From an uncultured virus (IMG/VR IMGVR_UViG_3300044655_001510) (lineage: Duplodnaviria > Heunggongvirae > Uroviricota > Caudoviricetes): a stretch of 64,000 nucleotides of DNA. The notes beneath the pieces were generated by a model that was not told the DNA's origin, did no database searches, and saw only the letters and a program-made list of their open reading frames with translations. The stretch is taken from IMG/VR virus record IMGVR_UViG_3300044655_001510. The stretch is one strand, 5' to 3'. The stretch's first letter is position 1. The number at the start of each line of letters is the position of its first letter. This document shows positions 48,659 through 58,229 of this stretch, in pieces. The position numbers and the translations under genes were made by a program.

Positions 48659-48877
48659 ATGAAACCTGCATTGATTAATTATACGCAATATACCAAGATG
48701 GTCGAAGAAGCTGCTTATTACCGGTGGTTAAATGGTAGTTTGGATACTGAAGCCAATTGGCATGCCGCAGTATCCGAAATAGCAAGCCAGTACAGAATTA
48801 AAACAAAGGTTGATCCAACAGAGATTCCGCGCAAGTTAACTGCGGCTCTTGCGGAAAGCCAACTTGCTTTAAAATAG
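48659..48877 (+). CDS. DUF2934-like small protein
   Basis: EEAAYYRW..G....NWHAA..EI. Confidence 0.55.
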   Translation: MKPALINYTQYTKMVEEAAYYRWLNGSLDTEANWHAAVSEIASQYRIKTKVDPTEIPRKLTAALAESQLALK

Positions 48878-49538
48878 CAGTAAGCATTGCGAATCGTTCA
48901 CGACGAGTACCTGTTGATTTTAACAGTGCTGCTGTAAATGCACCTTGATAGGTACCATCTAAGAATGCATCAGCAGATGTTTGTTCGTCTTTGCATCCAG
49001 ACCAACAGATAACTTCTCTAGTACACGAGACATTGAATTTAACAACTGTTGGTTCTGAATTTAAAACGCCTGCGCTGATGTAACGATAAGCAACATTTGG
49101 TTTTAAATCCCTAGTTGCAGTACCTGAGTGACAGCAATCAAGTAAGCATTCGATTTCAACACCAGGTGCAAACTGGCAGAATATGTCATGCAACTCGTTA
49201 TCCATGATGAAGGTATTATTCCAACTGCCATCTGGGTTGATTAAATCAAATGGACAAAGCACTTCCATTAAGTCATCGGTTTCAGTGCCATCGTTGCATG
49301 GAATTTGTGAACCATGACCAGAATAGTGGAACATAAACTTATCACCGGCTACTAGTTCTTTACTGATTTCTAGCAACTTAGTCATAATATTGTGTTTGGT
49401 TGCTTGGTCTTCAATCAGTTGAACTGTTTGATAACCATTAGCTGCGCACACAGCTAGTATATTATTGCTGTCGTTTACGCAACCGCGTAGCGGTGCAACG
49501 TTGTAGCTATTAATAGCTACCGTTAATAATTTTTTCAC
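48798..49538 (-). CDS. Metacaspase (peptidase C14)
   Basis: LRGCVND, HYSGHG, LCPFD, LDCCHSG, SGCKDEQTSADA, GAFT, QEPQL. Confidence 0.92.
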   Translation of the reverse strand: MKKLLTVAINSYNVAPLRGCVNDSNNILAVCAANGYQTVQLIEDQATKHNIMTKLLEISKELVAGDKFMFHYSGHGSQIPCNDGTETDDLMEVLCPFDLINPDGSWNNTFIMDNELHDIFCQFAPGVEIECLLDCCHSGTATRDLKPNVAYRYISAGVLNSEPTVVKFNVSCTREVICWSGCKDEQTSADAFLDGTYQGAFTAALLKSTGTRRERFAMLTAILKQVGFPQEPQLTCAESLLDQPLF

Positions 49539-49711
49539 GCACAAACCCTCCATAGTTTTAGTACCTATAGGTATTTATTGGGTGGTTGTTAAATACTCTT
49601 AGTAATGATGCGAGGCACGTTAGTGCCGAGCCATTGTGAGTATATGAATATGCGAGAGCCGATAGGCTCTAGCCATTGTGATTGATTATCTTTTAGGACA
49701 TAAATACAGAC

Positions 49712-50047
49712 ATGAGAATACATGAAATTATAACAGAGTTGACTTTTAATGGTTTGCCATGCACGAAGGATTGTTCTGGAAATTCTGCAGGCTTCAGCTA
49801 TAGTCGCCTCCATAACTACACCGATCCAGATAAATGTAGATCACGGAATGGTCATCCAAGTTTTTTAAACGCATGTCGTAAGAATGCTGCGGATCAACGT
49901 GATGGGAAATACAAGATCAAACCACCAGTTCGTGGAAATCAAGGCAGGTTCCAAAAGTTTCAACCTGAAAAACCTGATAGAAAGAAGTTCCATCAAAAAC
50001 CTGAAGTGCAGGAACCGCGAAACGATTCCCACACGATGGGGTACTAA
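49712..50047 (+). CDS. Small late protein (MRIHEIITE N-terminus)
   Basis: TAAATA immediately upstream; CTKDCSG motif. Confidence 0.7.
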   Translation: MRIHEIITELTFNGLPCTKDCSGNSAGFSYSRLHNYTDPDKCRSRNGHPSFLNACRKNAADQRDGKYKIKPPVRGNQGRFQKFQPEKPDRKKFHQKPEVQEPRNDSHTMGY

Positions 50048-50059
50048 AAAATAAGCATT

Positions 50060-51475
50060 CTAAAATGGATTGCGGTATGGTTTACTTAGTTTTTTGCACA
50101 TTTCGTGAGACATACCACCAAACCAACCTTCACCAGCCACTTCAGATTTTGATATTTTCATTGATTCACCAGTAGTTGGATTATGAACCCAAGTGGCTTG
50201 ATTTGCAGAAATCTCGTGCGGTAATTTCACATAACCAGAAGGTTTTTGATACGTTCCAACCGAGTGGATTGATCTGATGTATGAAACTCCACTTGAATTC
50301 CTCGTGTAAAGCTGTTTATTCAAGTTGTATTCTTCCGTTGTGACACGGCGTGCCTCACCTGTTAATTTGAGTTTCACCGGTATCATACCAGCGGCCGTTG
50401 ATTTGTATAAATGTTTGTTTTTCTGAAATTCGATACTAGTAATATAAACATTTTCTCCGGTACTTAGATCGATTGCGGTGACCATACCGGCCGTGTGTAT
50501 TTGGTACAAATCCTTATTTGCCTCATATTCCGAACTTGTCAATCTTACCGATTCGCCGGTTAATTTGTTCTTAGCTGTTAATAAACCAGTTGTCGCCGTT
50601 TCGTACAAATCTCTATTTGCACGATAGGTTTCTACTGGTATCGATACCAGTTTACCGGTTGCAATTTCTTTAGCACTGGTCATACCAGTGTATATACTTT
50701 CGAACTTATCTTTGTTGTTCTCGTAATCATCTACTGATACCCTAATTACATTTCCGGTGGATAATTCTCTCACCGTGGTCATACCAGAAGAAGCCGTTGT
50801 GTACTTTTCCTTATTAGTTTGATATTCTTCCGAAGGTATCCGTTTTTTCTCACCGGTGAACGTATCAACTACTTGTACGAGTCCTGTATTCATCGCAGCA
50901 TACTTGTCCTTATTCGCGTGGTAAATTTCACATGACAAACTCATTATTTCACCAGTTTCAATATCGCGAACTGTTACCATACCAGTCGTAGCAGTTTCGT
51001 ATAAATCAGGATTTGCGGTGTATTCTTCAACTGGAACCATTCCGAATATTCCGGTTTCTTTGTTTTTAACCATAGTTAAACCGCGTTGAGAGTTGATGAC
51101 TAGGTTACGAGCATCTTCGTAATAGGTTTTCAAGTTTTTGAACCTATCAACGACTGCTTGACCTTTACTTCCATTCTGTGTGCACATGAGGTAAAATGCT
51201 TGTGACATAGCACCGTTAAACGTATATGCGTTTGAAAGGATCAAATGGGCTGTGAAGTGTTGGCCTAGTGTTAATCGTATCCCATTCCAAGGGTGATCTT
51301 TTAGATTTTTGTATTCAGGAAAGAATACTCGAGGGCAGATATGATGAAGCTCGGTGTATGTGTCTTCTGGAAGATTCTCGTTTAATACTGCACATTTTGC
51401 GATGTATTTTACGTAGATTCTTAATTGACGTTCGTTGTGTTCTTTTGTTGCTAAAATTTTGGCATAAATAGTCAT
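50060..51475 (-). CDS. HNH-type endonuclease with eight 33-aa tandem repeats (paralogue of 43886..45295)
   Basis: ELHHICPRVFFPEY..LTLGQHFTAHLIL; same repeat array. Confidence 0.75.
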   Translation of the reverse strand: MTIYAKILATKEHNERQLRIYVKYIAKCAVLNENLPEDTYTELHHICPRVFFPEYKNLKDHPWNGIRLTLGQHFTAHLILSNAYTFNGAMSQAFYLMCTQNGSKGQAVVDRFKNLKTYYEDARNLVINSQRGLTMVKNKETGIFGMVPVEEYTANPDLYETATTGMVTVRDIETGEIMSLSCEIYHANKDKYAAMNTGLVQVVDTFTGEKKRIPSEEYQTNKEKYTTASSGMTTVRELSTGNVIRVSVDDYENNKDKFESIYTGMTSAKEIATGKLVSIPVETYRANRDLYETATTGLLTAKNKLTGESVRLTSSEYEANKDLYQIHTAGMVTAIDLSTGENVYITSIEFQKNKHLYKSTAAGMIPVKLKLTGEARRVTTEEYNLNKQLYTRNSSGVSYIRSIHSVGTYQKPSGYVKLPHEISANQATWVHNPTTGESMKISKSEVAGEGWFGGMSHEMCKKLSKPYRNPF

Positions 51476-51553
51476 AGTTGGAACTCTCCTCTGAAATGTA
51501 AGTTCTAAAGTAGTCAGGATCGCCAAATCCGTGGACTACACTTATTTATCCTT
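51476..51553 (-). promoter_or_regulatory. Late promoter plus structured leader (second copy)
   Basis: Aligns with 45296-45378 with compensatory GAAT/ATTC to GGAT/ATCC change. Confidence 0.7.
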
Positions 51554-51698
51554 ATAACAGAAAAAGAGAGATTAGCTCGGCACTAACGTGCCTCGCAATC
51601 ATAACCATAATATTAACACACACTCGGTTATTAGGCTCGCACCTAGCGGTGCTCGCATAGCCAACTAGTATTAATCATGAAACGCGTGAGATTATACC

Positions 51699-51986
51699 AT
51701 GCACTTTGAAATATCACCACCCGAATACGAAAAGACCTTAACTATTGATGAAGCAATTGTATATTGTTTTTCGTTAAACATTGACGGTAAAACTGGATGG
51801 CGTTTACCTACTATATCTGAAATGCAAGAGTTAGGAAGAATGGATATTGAAGTTCCAGGCTCATGCTGGATAAATGCAAAAGACAATAACCATGGATGTA
51901 TCTTCCATATCCAATACGGTGGAGTCACTACATTAGAGCACTTACCCACCATGCTTTCGCAGGCTAGACCAGTCAGAACGCTATGA
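51699..51986 (+). CDS. Minimal DUF1566/Lcl-C-like domain protein
   Basis: Family motifs. Confidence 0.85.
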   Translation: MHFEISPPEYEKTLTIDEAIVYCFSLNIDGKTGWRLPTISEMQELGRMDIEVPGSCWINAKDNNHGCIFHIQYGGVTTLEHLPTMLSQARPVRTL

Positions 51987-52228
51987 TTGAGTTATCACCA
52001 ATCGAAACCGAAACGTTCACTAATTCATTCGATGCTGCAAAATTGTATTGCTTTTCTCTTAGTGTTGATGGTAAGATAGGTTGGAGATTACCAACAAGTG
52101 ACGAACTTAAAGAGCTTTCTAAAAATTCCGAATCTTCGCACTGGGCTTGGTATTGGTCATCTGATGACGATTACTTGGTTGATCAGAACTTGTCAGTTAG
52201 AGCAGTACGAACCGTTGACAATCCGTAA
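51983..52228 (+). CDS. Minimal DUF1566/Lcl-C-like domain protein
   Basis: Family motifs, WYWSS. Confidence 0.85.
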   Translation: MIELSPIETETFTNSFDAAKLYCFSLSVDGKIGWRLPTSDELKELSKNSESSHWAWYWSSDDDYLVDQNLSVRAVRTVDNP

Positions 52229-52270
52229 ATAGTAGCATATACTATCCACTTTTAACAGAGAGGTGTCACA

Positions 52271-52624
52271 ATGAAAGCAGCAGTAATTGGTTCACGCACA
52301 ATTGTTAGTTACCCAACCATCGAACGCATTCTAAAAGATTATAATCAATTGGATGCGATCAGTACATCACACGCATCTGGAGTTGATGGCAATGCCGTGA
52401 TGTATGCTTATCGAAATCTTAGACAACCACCGCAGGTCTTTGCGGAAAATGATTCACCAGAAAGAAATCATGCTATTATTGATTCAGCTGACATGTTGAT
52501 TGCCATATGGGATTCTGAATCGGTTGGTACTCGAGAATCGATTGAATATGCCAAATCAAAAAAGAAACCAGTCCACGTTTGGTCTGTTACTGAAACCACA
52601 GTTACCCTAGAAGCAATCCAATGA
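52271..52624 (+). CDS. SLOG/DprA-like small protein
   Basis: AVIGSR, A.GVD, RN..I...D.LIAIWD..S.GT. Confidence 0.75.
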   Translation: MKAAVIGSRTIVSYPTIERILKDYNQLDAISTSHASGVDGNAVMYAYRNLRQPPQVFAENDSPERNHAIIDSADMLIAIWDSESVGTRESIEYAKSKKKPVHVWSVTETTVTLEAIQ

Positions 52625-53151
52625 ACGTTAAAAGTTTAATATCAGTTACTAAACCGTATACATCTTCTATTGACTTTGAAATTAAGAATCCAGCGACTAT
52701 TAGTTGGGCTTCCATTGGAGAAGTTGATACTGTTACTGCTCGTGAATTTGCAATTGAGTTGTTACGTCAAGTAGACGCCCTAGATTATTCAAGGCTCGAG
52801 ATTGCACCATACGAATACTGGAGCGAAGAACTGTTGTTTGAGGAAGCCAAGTTATATTGCTTTTCATTGAACATCGATGGTAAGATTGGTTGGCGGTTTC
52901 CAACACTACAAGAATGTGATATGATTCGTAAGCAAGCCGATTCTAATTTATTTCGTCGGTTATCAGAAAAAAACTGGGTATATACTTCGACTGAACCGTT
53001 TGAAGATATCGATGGATATAATACTATACGTTCAAGACCGTATGAATATTCTAATGATGGACCAGTGACAACCTATGGTTTCAGTGATGATGAATACGAC
53101 TTTGAGCAATTGGATGATTTACGTGCAACCGTTCCAGTTAGAACTCGCTAA
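52621..53151 (+). CDS. DUF1566-like domain fused to an unrelated ~57-aa N-terminal domain
   Basis: Family scaffold starts at LEIAPYEYW. Confidence 0.8.
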   Translation: MNVKSLISVTKPYTSSIDFEIKNPATISWASIGEVDTVTAREFAIELLRQVDALDYSRLEIAPYEYWSEELLFEEAKLYCFSLNIDGKIGWRFPTLQECDMIRKQADSNLFRRLSEKNWVYTSTEPFEDIDGYNTIRSRPYEYSNDGPVTTYGFSDDEYDFEQLDDLRATVPVRTR

Positions 53152-53184
53152 AAGATAATTAGAGTATTGTTGTGTGTAGCGAGC

Positions 53185-53436
53185 CTAAATCCAGGGATGA
53201 TGTGGCAATAAATCCCCTAAATTATCAACCAAAGTGTTACCACTATACTTAGTTGGTAATAGATTGATGTCGGCTGTATGCAATGCTCTGTAATAAGGTT
53301 TGGTTGGGTCAATAGAACCAGTGATAGTACCATCAGCGGCTACGACTTTACCTTGGCGTTTTGCTTCAGCCAAAGCTATCTTACCTTCGAGTCTTAATTG
53401 TCTAGTTGCTAATGTTGAAATACCGTTTAGTGACAT
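53185..53436 (-). CDS. Hypothetical late protein
   Basis: MSLNGISTLATRQLR; TAAATA and AGGA upstream. Confidence 0.7.
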   Translation of the reverse strand: MSLNGISTLATRQLRLEGKIALAEAKRQGKVVAADGTITGSIDPTKPYYRALHTADINLLPTKYSGNTLVDNLGDLLPHHPWI

Positions 53437-53465
53437 TGTCTTTTCCTTTTATTAATATTTATCCG

Positions 53466-53798
53466 ATGAACATAGAACTTGCACCTTTAGAATACATCAA
53501 AGCACTCACGTGGGATGAAGCCCGTTTGTATTGTTTTTCGTTGAACATCGATGGGAAGGTTGGTTGGAGATTACCAACTATGCGAGAATTGCATTGGCTT
53601 GGGTCAAGAGGGTTAATCACTTCGGAACATACCCAAACAATGAATTATCGGAAGTATCCTAGATACTGGTCCAGCGAGGAGCATTCTGATTACTCAGGAT
53701 GTGCGTGGCTTGCGATGCCACTTCTGGTTGATATGCATACAACTTGGGATGACAAATACGTGAATACTACCCTAGTTAGACCAGTGCGAGATTGCTAA
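53466..53798 (+). CDS. DUF1566/Lcl-C-like domain protein
   Basis: Start MNIELAP; RYWSSEE..AW..VRPVR. Confidence 0.85.
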   Translation: MNIELAPLEYIKALTWDEARLYCFSLNIDGKVGWRLPTMRELHWLGSRGLITSEHTQTMNYRKYPRYWSSEEHSDYSGCAWLAMPLLVDMHTTWDDKYVNTTLVRPVRDC

Positions 53799-53857
53799 AA
53801 GATAATTGCTTTATATGGCTCGCTCCTAGCGGAGCTCGCAGGAATTATCTTTTAGTC

Positions 53858-55822
53858 TTATGCACCACGCAACATACATCCTTGGAATGCGGTGAATGGT
53901 TGTCCACTTGTCGTATTTCTATCAGCACCAGCACCCTGTTGAACAAACACTTCAAAGTAATCACCAGTACCATTAGCATGTACTTGGCATGAAATATCCA
54001 GTTGAAACCAATTATCACCAACACTGGCAGTACCTTTAGAGTTCATACCTCGTCGATATTCTGTACCGTTTTTCTTAATACAAATCATACGTTCGCCTGT
54101 ACCGATATCACCATCAATCCTAACTGTTGCACCAAGGGCATAGTAACCTGCAACGGTTGGTGTGAATCTAGTTGATGTTACGCAGTTATGGGTATCGTAC
54201 TCTTCCGCTGTCCAAGTCACTGCGGTTAACACATCAGTTGGTATGGTTTGCACTGCATCTCGATACACACTAAATGCCGGACCATTAAGTGCACTCGCAT
54301 CGGTTCTTAGTAGATATTGTGGATGGTCATCGTCTAGCAATCCACTTAGAGACCCATGATCGGTATAAGTAGCCATTGCTGATGTGGTGCTACTAAAACT
54401 TCTTAAGTCAAATACGGATGTAAGTCTAGCATGTACCGTATTGGTGTAACTTGTTTTGCATTGGAATACCAGTTTATATAGCTGTCTTAATTCCACAACT
54501 GGGAATCCTGGTAAGGATAGATCAGTGAAATTAACTGCTTCTGCATCACCTTGGTTGGCATGTGAAGATTGACCAATAATTCCGATAACTGGATAATTGA
54601 TGTTATTGGTTGCTAAGATGAAACTAACACCAAACTTGTTATTATCGATATCAGGTGTAGTCCAGTTACCACCGCTATACAAGTTATACTTTGGTAAAAT
54701 ACCTTGTTTGACTGGAAAGTCAGTAGCTGGATCCATTACCCAACCACCACCACTGTTGATATAAAACATTGGTATTTTAGATGGGCCGGTTAAGTCTTGT
54801 TCCCAGGTATTTGGGGTTGGGGTGTTAGTACTAATGATATCAACTTGTAAATCTTCATCAAAGAACGTACCATCCGATATATCTATTTGAAGGTGTGTAT
54901 TAAGAGAACCATCACCATTTATTATAAAATTGGAGGCAGTAAAACCACTTGCAATGGCTGCACCACGGGTTCTGTGTAGATATTCATGGGTTTGCCAATC
55001 TAGGGTTATACCATGTCTTTCGTCTGCAACGTATGGTGCTTTACCGGTTAGTTTGTTCCAATAGACATACGCGGTCATACAATCATTTGGCCAATCAAAG
55101 AACGTTGTTTTGTATTGCAACGTACCATTGGAATCAAAATAAATGTAATACAGACCAGTATTATCTGGTATGGTTACTGATCTTGCGTTGGTGATTACCC
55201 ACTTAGTTCCTTTTACCCAAACATCATACGAACTATTCACTGGTGATATAGTGAAAGTTCTATTTGCGTCATCAAATGAAATCAACGAATGGGTTTTGTC
55301 AGCATGACCCATAGGTTCACCGGTTGCCGCAAACACTTCTGTTATACCAGTGATATCTGGTATAGTTGGTTTGTTTAGGATTTCGGCAACGCCACTTGTT
55401 GCCAACCAATCCGATTGAACCTGAGCCGCTGGGATAGTAGGCTTATTGGTTAAATCATTATAGTTACCACTGAACAGAACTGGTTTATTCGTTAGGTCGT
55501 TATAATCTCCACTAAACAGAACTGGTTTGTTAGACAACGAATTATAGTTACCATCAAATCCACTAATAACTTCATTAGTGATTGTGATAGAAGTTCCGTC
55601 AATTTTAACACCACCTTTTACGGTAGTGCTGGCAGTTGGTAACACATAACTTCCATCACCTGTACCGCCACCACAGACAATAATACCACCAGGCGTAACA
55701 TTATCTCCAATTCGGATAGTGTTATCTGAGCTCGAATACCAGAGGCGATCATGTTCACCGATTCTGGTACTACCATCGTCGTTGTTTCTTCTACTAGTAA
55801 GAAAGTCTTGAGTAAAACCCAT
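53858..55822 (-). CDS. Tail fibre protein with C1q-like C-terminal domain
   Basis: SG.YNDLTNKP repeats, QVQSDW, PAFSVY..RFTPTVAGYY..GDYFEVFV. Confidence 0.8.
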   Translation of the reverse strand: MGFTQDFLTSRRNNDDGSTRIGEHDRLWYSSSDNTIRIGDNVTPGGIIVCGGGTGDGSYVLPTASTTVKGGVKIDGTSITITNEVISGFDGNYNSLSNKPVLFSGDYNDLTNKPVLFSGNYNDLTNKPTIPAAQVQSDWLATSGVAEILNKPTIPDITGITEVFAATGEPMGHADKTHSLISFDDANRTFTISPVNSSYDVWVKGTKWVITNARSVTIPDNTGLYYIYFDSNGTLQYKTTFFDWPNDCMTAYVYWNKLTGKAPYVADERHGITLDWQTHEYLHRTRGAAIASGFTASNFIINGDGSLNTHLQIDISDGTFFDEDLQVDIISTNTPTPNTWEQDLTGPSKIPMFYINSGGGWVMDPATDFPVKQGILPKYNLYSGGNWTTPDIDNNKFGVSFILATNNINYPVIGIIGQSSHANQGDAEAVNFTDLSLPGFPVVELRQLYKLVFQCKTSYTNTVHARLTSVFDLRSFSSTTSAMATYTDHGSLSGLLDDDHPQYLLRTDASALNGPAFSVYRDAVQTIPTDVLTAVTWTAEEYDTHNCVTSTRFTPTVAGYYALGATVRIDGDIGTGERMICIKKNGTEYRRGMNSKGTASVGDNWFQLDISCQVHANGTGDYFEVFVQQGAGADRNTTSGQPFTAFQGCMLRGA

Positions 55823-55824
55823 TG

Positions 55825-56049
55825 TTATCCTTCGAATGGTTCGTCTTCTTCAGCCGCTGCTGTATTAAAGTTATCATCATCCGAGTTTGTCATCTTTTTC
55901 ATCAACTCGATCTTTTGCTGTAGAGGTGGTACCATTATATCACCAGAATCCATTGGTGTTTCTGATTCAGATGATTTTGTATCATCGGTTTTGTTTTCTA
56001 ACTGGTCGATTAAATCCGCCAGGGTTCGCATAAACTCTGCTGCTCTCAT
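55825..56049 (-). CDS. Hypothetical late protein (MRAAEF; VPPLQQ)
   Basis: Paralogue of 7786..8139. Confidence 0.7.
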   Translation of the reverse strand: MRAAEFMRTLADLIDQLENKTDDTKSSESETPMDSGDIMVPPLQQKIELMKKMTNSDDDNFNTAAAEEDEPFEG

Positions 56050-56381
56050 GTTTGGTTTCCTTTGTGGTAAGATTAGTTATATTTAGTTGCTGTTTTGTAG
56101 TTGACAACCGATAGATTGTTCGATAGAATAGCCCTTTCTAAATTACAAACGGAGACCAACATGGCACTTAAAGAATCAAACAAAAATCGTATCAAACCAG
56201 AAGTTCAATCAGAAGAACCTGTGGTTGATAGTGAAATCTGTGGTTATGTTACAAGATTGGTTTTAGGACCATTGTTGATTCTTGGTGGGATATTACTCAT
56301 CATTAACAACTGGGTATTACCTAACCTTTAATAACCTGGTGGCTTGTTAAGGTTTAGCAAGCCACCAACCGAGGGCTACCA

Positions 56382-56624
56382 ATGATAGAAGTATCGCCAA
56401 TAGAATTACGCCCAACCCATAATATATCACGATCCGATGCAGAATTGCATCTATTAAAATTAGATATTGGATGGCGACTGCCGACTAGAAGTGAACTTAA
56501 CAACATCATGGCTGTTATCCACGGTGAATCGCCAACCATAATGCATGCCTGGGTTGCTGAAGACTCGATTCATAGTGTTGGGTTATGCCCACTTGTACCA
56601 GTGAGAGATATTGACGATGATTGA
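56382..56624 (+). CDS. Minimal DUF1566-like protein (array 2)
   Basis: GWRLPT..PVRDIDD. Confidence 0.8.
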   Translation: MIEVSPIELRPTHNISRSDAELHLLKLDIGWRLPTRSELNNIMAVIHGESPTIMHAWVAEDSIHSVGLCPLVPVRDIDDD

Positions 56625-56820
56625 GATTGGGAAGTACTATAACAAACGAATCACGTATGACGAGGCAATCTTATATTGTTTTTGCTTGGGTGATGGTTGG
56701 AGATTGCCATCTGAAGCCGAATACATTGAGTATGAATTGCAAGGTTCTTGGTATGTTGATAGAATCTCACAAGTTAGTACGTTTTTTGTTAGACCAGTGC
56801 GAGATATAAAAGATGATTAA
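56617..56820 (+). CDS. Minimal DUF1566-like protein (array 2)
   Basis: 8-nt overlap; family motifs. Confidence 0.85.
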   Translation: MIEIGKYYNKRITYDEAILYCFCLGDGWRLPSEAEYIEYELQGSWYVDRISQVSTFFVRPVRDIKDD

Positions 56821-57034
56821 ACTGCAAATGGGTAAACCAACCATGTCGAGAATCACATACGAGAATGCACAGTTCTACATATTCTGCCTAGGTGATGGCT
56901 GGAGAATGCCAACTCTGAATGAGTGCATAATATATCAAATGTACGGTGATTGGTGGTATACTGAACGACGTTGTTACAGTGTAGATGATGTATACCTTTT
57001 ACAACCTGTTCGCGAGGTACCTGAAGATGATTGA
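56813..57034 (+). CDS. Minimal DUF1566-like protein (array 2)
   Basis: 8-nt overlap; family motifs. Confidence 0.85.
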   Translation: MIKLQMGKPTMSRITYENAQFYIFCLGDGWRMPTLNECIIYQMYGDWWYTERRCYSVDDVYLLQPVREVPEDD

Positions 57035-57287
57035 AATAGCCACTGAGGATCTTGTAGCAATGCTTACCTTCGACGAAGTAAAACTGTATTTGTTTTCTTT
57101 AGGTGATGGATGGCGATTGCCAGCAATCACTGAGGTAGTTCTATGCCGACAAAAACATCCCATTCTTGGACTAGCCGGAACGCTGTGGAGTGATGTTTGG
57201 TTTAATTTTATTCAAGCACAAACCCATCCAGGTAGAGGTAGATCCTCACACTTATTAATCCCAGTACGAGATCTAAAAGATGATTGA
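57027..57287 (+). CDS. Minimal DUF1566-like protein (array 2)
   Basis: 8-nt overlap; family motifs. Confidence 0.85.
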   Translation: MIEIATEDLVAMLTFDEVKLYLFSLGDGWRLPAITEVVLCRQKHPILGLAGTLWSDVWFNFIQAQTHPGRGRSSHLLIPVRDLKDD

Positions 57288-57495
57288 AATAGCACCAATG
57301 GACCGTGAGATCCTCCTAAATTACGAGGAAGCAATGATATATTGCTTTTCGTTAAACATCGATGGTAAAATAGGTTGGCGATTACCAACCAAAGATGAAT
57401 GGTACGATAACGATCAATTAATGGGTTGTTGGTATATTGGTAGACCCAGTAAAGGTAAATGGTTGCTTGCACCAGTACGAAGCATTGACAATTAA
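57280..57495 (+). CDS. Minimal DUF1566-like protein (array 2)
   Basis: 8-nt overlap; family motifs. Confidence 0.85.
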   Translation: MIEIAPMDREILLNYEEAMIYCFSLNIDGKIGWRLPTKDEWYDNDQLMGCWYIGRPSKGKWLLAPVRSIDN

Positions 57496-57542
57496 ACCAA
57501 AGTAAGCTATTATCTTTTAGAAAATCACCAAAGGAAAATCAA

Positions 57543-57911
57543 ATGGCAGAAAACAAATGGCATTATCACGATTGGTATGCAGTACAAAGAACCCATGTGG
57601 AATTCGATACTGTAAAACTATTAACACTAGAAACAAACAAAGGCGTAGTTCATAAACTTGTACCAAACAAAATCATTGGTAAACTAGAATATGAGTTTGG
57701 TAATAACTGTTTGAAATACTTGATTCATACTGCTACCCTAGAGAAACTACAAGATGCGGATATCTTCTATGAGTGTGAAGACAAGTTGTTTAAGTTTATT
57801 TCTTGTAATGGAGACTTAGCCGTTATAGCAGCAAAAGCCATGCGATACGAAATTCCATTTGCTGATATCGCATACAAAGAATTTGAATTAAAAACTGCAT
57901 TAAAGTGGTGA
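57543..57911 (+). CDS. Hypothetical protein
   Basis: AGGA RBS; 122 aa. Confidence 0.65.
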   Translation: MAENKWHYHDWYAVQRTHVEFDTVKLLTLETNKGVVHKLVPNKIIGKLEYEFGNNCLKYLIHTATLEKLQDADIFYECEDKLFKFISCNGDLAVIAAKAMRYEIPFADIAYKEFELKTALKW

Positions 57912-57915
57912 AGCT

Positions 57916-58149
57916 ATGATAATTGAAGAATTTGGGATTGAACTAGCACCACTGTCAGAATCCGCGATGTCATATACCGAAGCAAAAATGTATTGCTTCA
58001 CATTAACGTATGATGATAAGATCGGTTGGAGATTACCAAGCTACGATGAATGGGAAATCATTCCACATATCGTCGGATGGCACGAAAACAAGTTGGCAAG
58101 CGATAGTACTTTTCCACGACGAGTTATGCCAGTGAGAGATTTGAGATGA
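57916..58149 (+). CDS. Minimal DUF1566-like protein
   Basis: Family motifs. Confidence 0.85.
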   Translation: MIIEEFGIELAPLSESAMSYTEAKMYCFTLTYDDKIGWRLPSYDEWEIIPHIVGWHENKLASDSTFPRRVMPVRDLR

Positions 58150-58229
58150 TTGAAATAGGTGAACGAACAAAATTCGAAATGACGCATGATAATAACAACT
58201 TCTTAACAAACAACATAATGGAGTTACGC

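Noticed and set aside
58186..58220. AAC/AAT-rich stretch as a DGR template repeat
   Set aside because: Too short and lacks the TCTACTGAG / GTTAGAGCC anchors
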